The translations under genes and the position numbers were made by a program. Below the pieces are notes generated by a model. That model saw only the letters and a program-made list of their open reading frames with translations. It was not told the DNA's origin and did no database searches. Source: Candidatus Atelocyanobacterium thalassa isolate ALOHA (GTDB lineage Bacteria; Cyanobacteriota; Cyanobacteriia; Cyanobacteriales; Microcystaceae). From it: DNA of 32,000 nt. Shown one piece after another: positions 27,980 through 32,000 of this stretch (position 1 is its first letter; each line of letters opens with the position of its first letter). Where the stretch lies: positions 971,949 to 1,003,948 of the forward strand of contig NC_013771.1 in the NCBI RefSeq assembly GCF_000025125.1, given 5' to 3'.

Positions 27980-29827
27980 TTAATCTAATTCAAACTCATT
28001 TTGCCAAGATTTATCATGTTTCCATTTAGGTTGATCTACCTTTTTAAGTACATAGTCATTGATTACCAAGTAATCCATCTCAGTTCTCATAAAACAACGA
28101 TAAGCGTCTTCGGGTGTACAGACGATAGGTTCGCCTCTTACATTAAAAGATGTGTTAATTAAAACTCCACATCCTGTTAAAGCTTCAAAATGCTTGATTA
28201 ATTGATAATATCTAGAATTATTCGCAGGATTTACTGTTTGTATCCTAGCTGAGTAATCAACATGAGTAACTGCAGGAATAGTTGATCGAACAGCCTTCAA
28301 TTTATCTATACCAAATAAACTTTGAGTTTCTTTTTGGTTATTTATACGTAAGTCTTCTTTAACTTTAGCAACTATTAACATATAGTCACTAGGTTTTTCT
28401 AACTCAAAGTATTGTGAGGCTTTTTCTGTTAATACAGAAGGAGCGAAAGGACGAAAAGACTCTCTATATTTAATTTTTAAATTCATAATAGATTGCATCT
28501 CTTGATTTCGTGGATCACCAAGAATAGATCTATTACCTAGTGCTCGAGGTCCAAATTCCATACGTCCCTGGAACCAACCCACAACATATCCTTTGGATAA
28601 AATTGAGGCCACTTCATTAAGAAGTTCATCTTCTTCTTTAAAATAATTATATTTAGCTTTTACATCATCAAGATATTCTTGAGTCTCGTCATTATTAAAC
28701 TGGGGTCCTAAGTACGAACCTTGCATCATATCAGGTTCATTTATGTTTAAGTGACGTTCGTTACTAAGATATTGATACCAGACTGCTAGCGCAGCTCCAA
28801 CGGAACCACCTGCATCTCCAGCCGCAGGTTGTATCCAAATATTTTTAAAATTTGTTTCCTGATATATTCTTCCATTAGCAACACAATTTAAAGCAACTCC
28901 ACCTGCTAAACAAAGGTTATCTGTTTTTAGTTCTTGATAAGCTGTATTAGCCAACCTTAAGACCACTTCTTCAGTTACTTTTTGTATAGAAGCGGCAATA
29001 TCCATTTCGTGTTGTGTAATTTTATTTTCTGCTTTGCGAGGAGGTTGGCCAAAGAGACGAGAAAATTTATTATTAATCATTTTTAGTCCCATGGCATAGT
29101 TGAAATATTCCATGTTTAAGCGAAAACTACCATCTGCTTTTATGTCAATTAAATTTTCTAAAATTAAATTGACATATTTTGGCTCTCCATAAGGAGCTAA
29201 TCCCATTAACTTATATTCTCCAGAATTAACTTTAAATCCAGTATAGTAAGTGAAAGCAGAATATAATAACCCTAAAGAATGAGGAAAATGAAGCTCCCAT
29301 CTAGGTGTTATTCGATTTGATTCTCCAAGCCATAAAGATGTTGTTGCCCATTCTCCAACAGCATCCAAACATAAAATTGCAGCATTGTCGAAAGGACTAG
29401 GAAAAAAAGCAGAAGCAACATGTGATTGATGATGTTCCGTAAATAGTAGGGGAGGAAGTTGACCAACTTTACAATTAGCTAGTTTTGCTAACTCTTTTTT
29501 GAGAACTGTTTTTAGATAAAGTTTTTCTTTTAACCATACTGTCATAGCAGAAATGAAAGAATGAAAACCTTGAGGGGCGTATGCTATATAGGTTTCCAAA
29601 AGACGCTCAAAGGTTATTAAAGGTTTCTCGTAAAAAACAATATAATCTAATTTTCTCAAAGGTATTTTTGCTTCTTCTAAAGCATAAGCAATAGCATTTT
29701 TAGGAAATCTCGCATCATGTTTTTTACGAGTAAATCTTTCTTCTTGTGCAGCAGCTATAATACGACCTGATTTAACTAATGCTGCTGCACTGTCATGGTA
29801 ATAAGCAGAAATTCCTAAAATATTCAT
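27980..29827 (-). CDS. Carbamoyltransferase (NodU/CmcH family)
   Basis: 615 aa. MNILGISAYYHDSAAALVKSGRIIAAAQEERFTRKKHDARFP, HHQSHVASAFFPSPF, LCLAGGVALNCVANGRI, QPAAGDAGGSVGAAL, GWFQGRMEFGPRALGNRSILGDPR, FRPFAPSVL, INTSFNVRGEPIVCTP. Confidence 0.96.
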   Translation of the reverse strand: MNILGISAYYHDSAAALVKSGRIIAAAQEERFTRKKHDARFPKNAIAYALEEAKIPLRKLDYIVFYEKPLITFERLLETYIAYAPQGFHSFISAMTVWLKEKLYLKTVLKKELAKLANCKVGQLPPLLFTEHHQSHVASAFFPSPFDNAAILCLDAVGEWATTSLWLGESNRITPRWELHFPHSLGLLYSAFTYYTGFKVNSGEYKLMGLAPYGEPKYVNLILENLIDIKADGSFRLNMEYFNYAMGLKMINNKFSRLFGQPPRKAENKITQHEMDIAASIQKVTEEVVLRLANTAYQELKTDNLCLAGGVALNCVANGRIYQETNFKNIWIQPAAGDAGGSVGAALAVWYQYLSNERHLNINEPDMMQGSYLGPQFNNDETQEYLDDVKAKYNYFKEEDELLNEVASILSKGYVVGWFQGRMEFGPRALGNRSILGDPRNQEMQSIMNLKIKYRESFRPFAPSVLTEKASQYFELEKPSDYMLIVAKVKEDLRINNQKETQSLFGIDKLKAVRSTIPAVTHVDYSARIQTVNPANNSRYYQLIKHFEALTGCGVLINTSFNVRGEPIVCTPEDAYRCFMRTEMDYLVINDYVLKKVDQPKWKHDKSWQNEFELD

Positions 29828-30010
29828 CTTAAATTTAATTCCTCACTTTGATTTGATAAAACGTAACTAATCTCACAAAAAATGTATATTATATCAGGAT
29901 TCTAATATGTTAGTTAATCGATAGCTCATAACTTGGATTTAAAAAAATAAGGTATGTAAGAAACCATACATATATTAAATTACTATAAATCTTTCTTACT
30001 ATTTAATTGA

Positions 30011-30057
30011 TTAGTTGCTTGAAAAAATATTAAAGTTACTTTTTTTCAAGCAACTAA
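30011..30057. repeat. 17-bp perfect inverted repeat in divergent intergenic region
   Basis: TTAGTTGCTTGAAAAAA (30011-30027) / TTTTTTCAAGCAACTAA (30041-30057), 13-nt loop. Confidence 0.75.
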
Positions 30058-30390
30058 GGCTAATTTCTTAATAAAAAGTCAGCAACTTTTCATTAACTCT
30101 TCATGAAGAATTATAATTTATTTTTTATTAAAATTTATTTCTCAAGACACCTTAGCTACTACTTAGTGAGAAAACCGTGATTTATCTAAAATCAAGGCAT
30201 ATAATTATAAAAAATTAGCTATTTGATTCATGGAATATAAATTTATTCTTAAAAAAAATCTTATGATAAATAACATAATCAACTTATTTATAAATAAGAG
30301 ATAATGAGAAATACTTTTGACTTTTAATTATTCAATCTTATTAAAGATTAATATAATAAATAATATTTAATATTTTAATTTAAACTTTAG

Positions 30391-32000
30391 ATGCGAACTC
30401 ATTACTGTAATCAACTAAGTGCGATGGATCTTGGTACGAATGTTACCCTTTTTGGATGGGTTGATCGTCGTCGAGATCACGGAGGAGTGATTTTTATAGA
30501 CTTACGAGATCATACTGGTATTATTCAAATTGTTAGCGATCCGAAACATAATTCTTCATCTTATGAAACTGCTGAAAGATTACGTAATGAATATGTTATT
30601 AAAATCATAGGTAAAGTTAGTTGTCGTCCTTCAGATTCTCTAAACTCAAAGATGAAAACTGGAGAAATAGAAATATATGCAGACTCTATTGAAATACTTA
30701 GTGTAGTAAATAAAAAACTACCTTTTAGTATCTCAGGCTCAGAAGAAGAATTAATAAAAGAAGAAACTCGTCTTAGATATCGCTACCTAGATTTAAGACG
30801 AGAAAAAATGTTAAGCAATTTACAGCTTCGTCATAAAGTGATTAAAACTATACGACACTATTTAGAAGATTACCAGAACTTTATAGAAGTAGAAACTCCT
30901 ATCCTAACTAGGTCTACTCCTGAAGGAGCACGAGATTATTTAGTTCCTTCCAGAGTAAATTTTGGACAATGGTATGCTTTGCCGCAGTCCCCTCAATTGT
31001 TTAAACAGCTGCTTATGGTATCAGGCTTTGATCGTTATTATCAAGTAGCAAGATGTTTCCGTGATGAAGACTTAAGGGCTGATAGACAACCTGAGTTTAC
31101 TCAACTAGACATGGAGATGAGTTTCATGTCTGAGGATGAAATTTTAGATCTAAACGAAGGTTTAATTTGTCATATTTTTAAGACTATTAAAAATGTAGAA
31201 TTATCTCGTCCTTTTCCACGTTTAACATATCAATATGTTATGGAAAATTATGGGACAGACTGTCCAGATACTCGTTTTGACTTAACTTTAGTTGATGTAT
31301 CTGATATTCTTCGAAATAGTAAATTTAAAGTATTTTCGGAAGCAATTAAAAATTCAGGAAGTGTAAAAGTATTACCTATACCTGAAGGTAATAGTGCGAT
31401 CTCCAACGTTCGAATCAAGTCAGGAGGAGATCTTTTCCAAGAAGCAGTAGAATCAGGCTCTAAGGGGATTGTTTATATTCGAGTAAAAGAAGATTCTCAG
31501 ATAGAAACTATTGGAGCAATAAAAGATAATTTAACCAATGAACAGAAAAAAGATTTACTAGAGAAAACAGGAGCAAAACCTGGTCATCTACTATTGATTA
31601 GTGCTGGGGATACGGCGCTAGTTAATAAATCCTTATCTCGCTTAAGACTAATAATTGGGAAACAGATGAATCTTATTGATAAAAATAAAATAAATTTGTT
31701 ATGGGTAACAGAATTTCCATTATTTGAATGGAATCCTGATGAACAACGATTCGAATCGTTGCACCATCCATTTACCTGTCCTAATACTTCAGACTTAAAT
31801 GATCTGACCACAGCCAGAGCACAAGCTTATGATTTGATATTTAATGGAATAGAAGTTGGCGGTGGAAGCTTGAGGATTTATCAGAAAGATATTCAAAAAA
31901 AAGTTTTTCAAACCATTGGATTATCAGAGGAAGAAATTCATAATAAATTTCAATTTATATTAGATGCTTTTGAATATGGAGCGCCTCCTCATGGAGGGAT
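30391..32000 (+). CDS. aspS: Aspartate--tRNA ligase, 5' part (runs off window end)
   Basis: Frame open from ATG 30391 to window end. [51 protein letters not shown]..., [51 protein letters not shown]. Absent from the ORF track, presumably because no stop codon lies in the window. Confidence 0.97.
   Translation, partial: MRTHYCNQLSAMDLGTNVTLFGWVDRRRDHGGVIFIDLRDHTGIIQIVSDPKHNSSSYETAERLRNEYVIKIIGKVSCRPSDSLNSKMKTGEIEIYADSIEILSVVNKKLPFSISGSEEELIKEETRLRYRYLDLRREKMLSNLQLRHKVIKTIRHYLEDYQNFIEVETPILTRSTPEGARDYLVPSRVNFGQWYALPQSPQLFKQLLMVSGFDRYYQVARCFRDEDLRADRQPEFTQLDMEMSFMSEDEILDLNEGLICHIFKTIKNVELSRPFPRLTYQYVMENYGTDCPDTRFDLTLVDVSDILRNSKFKVFSEAIKNSGSVKVLPIPEGNSAISNVRIKSGGDLFQEAVESGSKGIVYIRVKEDSQIETIGAIKDNLTNEQKKDLLEKTGAKPGHLLLISAGDTALVNKSLSRLRLIIGKQMNLIDKNKINLLWVTEFPLFEWNPDEQRFESLHHPFTCPNTSDLNDLTTARAQAYDLIFNGIEVGGGSLRIYQKDIQKKVFQTIGLSEEEIHNKFQFILDAFEYGAPPHGG

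Noticed and set aside
31584-31811. 75-aa minus-strand ORF near window end
   Set aside because: Antisense to the aspS frame, which is open from 30391 to the window edge.
1-32000. CRISPR arrays, transposases, integrases, prophage genes, toxin-antitoxin pairs
   Set aside because: Looked for regularly spaced direct repeats and typical protein motifs and saw none.

Overview
AT-rich chromosomal window with cyanobacterial housekeeping content. Evidence: split RNA polymerase gamma subunit rpoC1 standing alone, DUF3155, Tic22-like protein, UPF0182, a Hik2/CSK-like sensor kinase, and one HIP1 octamer GCGATCGC. Roughly 18 protein genes are supported, plus one tRNA-Leu(UAG). They include a peptide ABC transporter pair, rpoC1, deoC, an FAD oxidoreductase, smc, ispE, hisS, a carbamoyltransferase and the 5' part of aspS. 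Long, apparently non-coding AT-rich spacers suggest a reduced genome, possibly a UCYN-A or spheroid-body-like lineage; that is inference only. No CRISPR array, transposase or prophage was seen. The best leads are: (1) a tightly packed carbamoyltransferase - SxtJ-like - DUF5989-like cassette, whose last 53-aa gene is missing from the supplied ORF track and overlaps its neighbour by one base; (2) a Hik2/CSK-like redox-type kinase with Cys19, followed by an untracked 54-aa membrane ORF; (3) a series of long, nearly perfect inverted repeats in intergenic spacers, one in a divergent promoter region where no terminator is expected. No completely new system can be claimed from the sequence alone.
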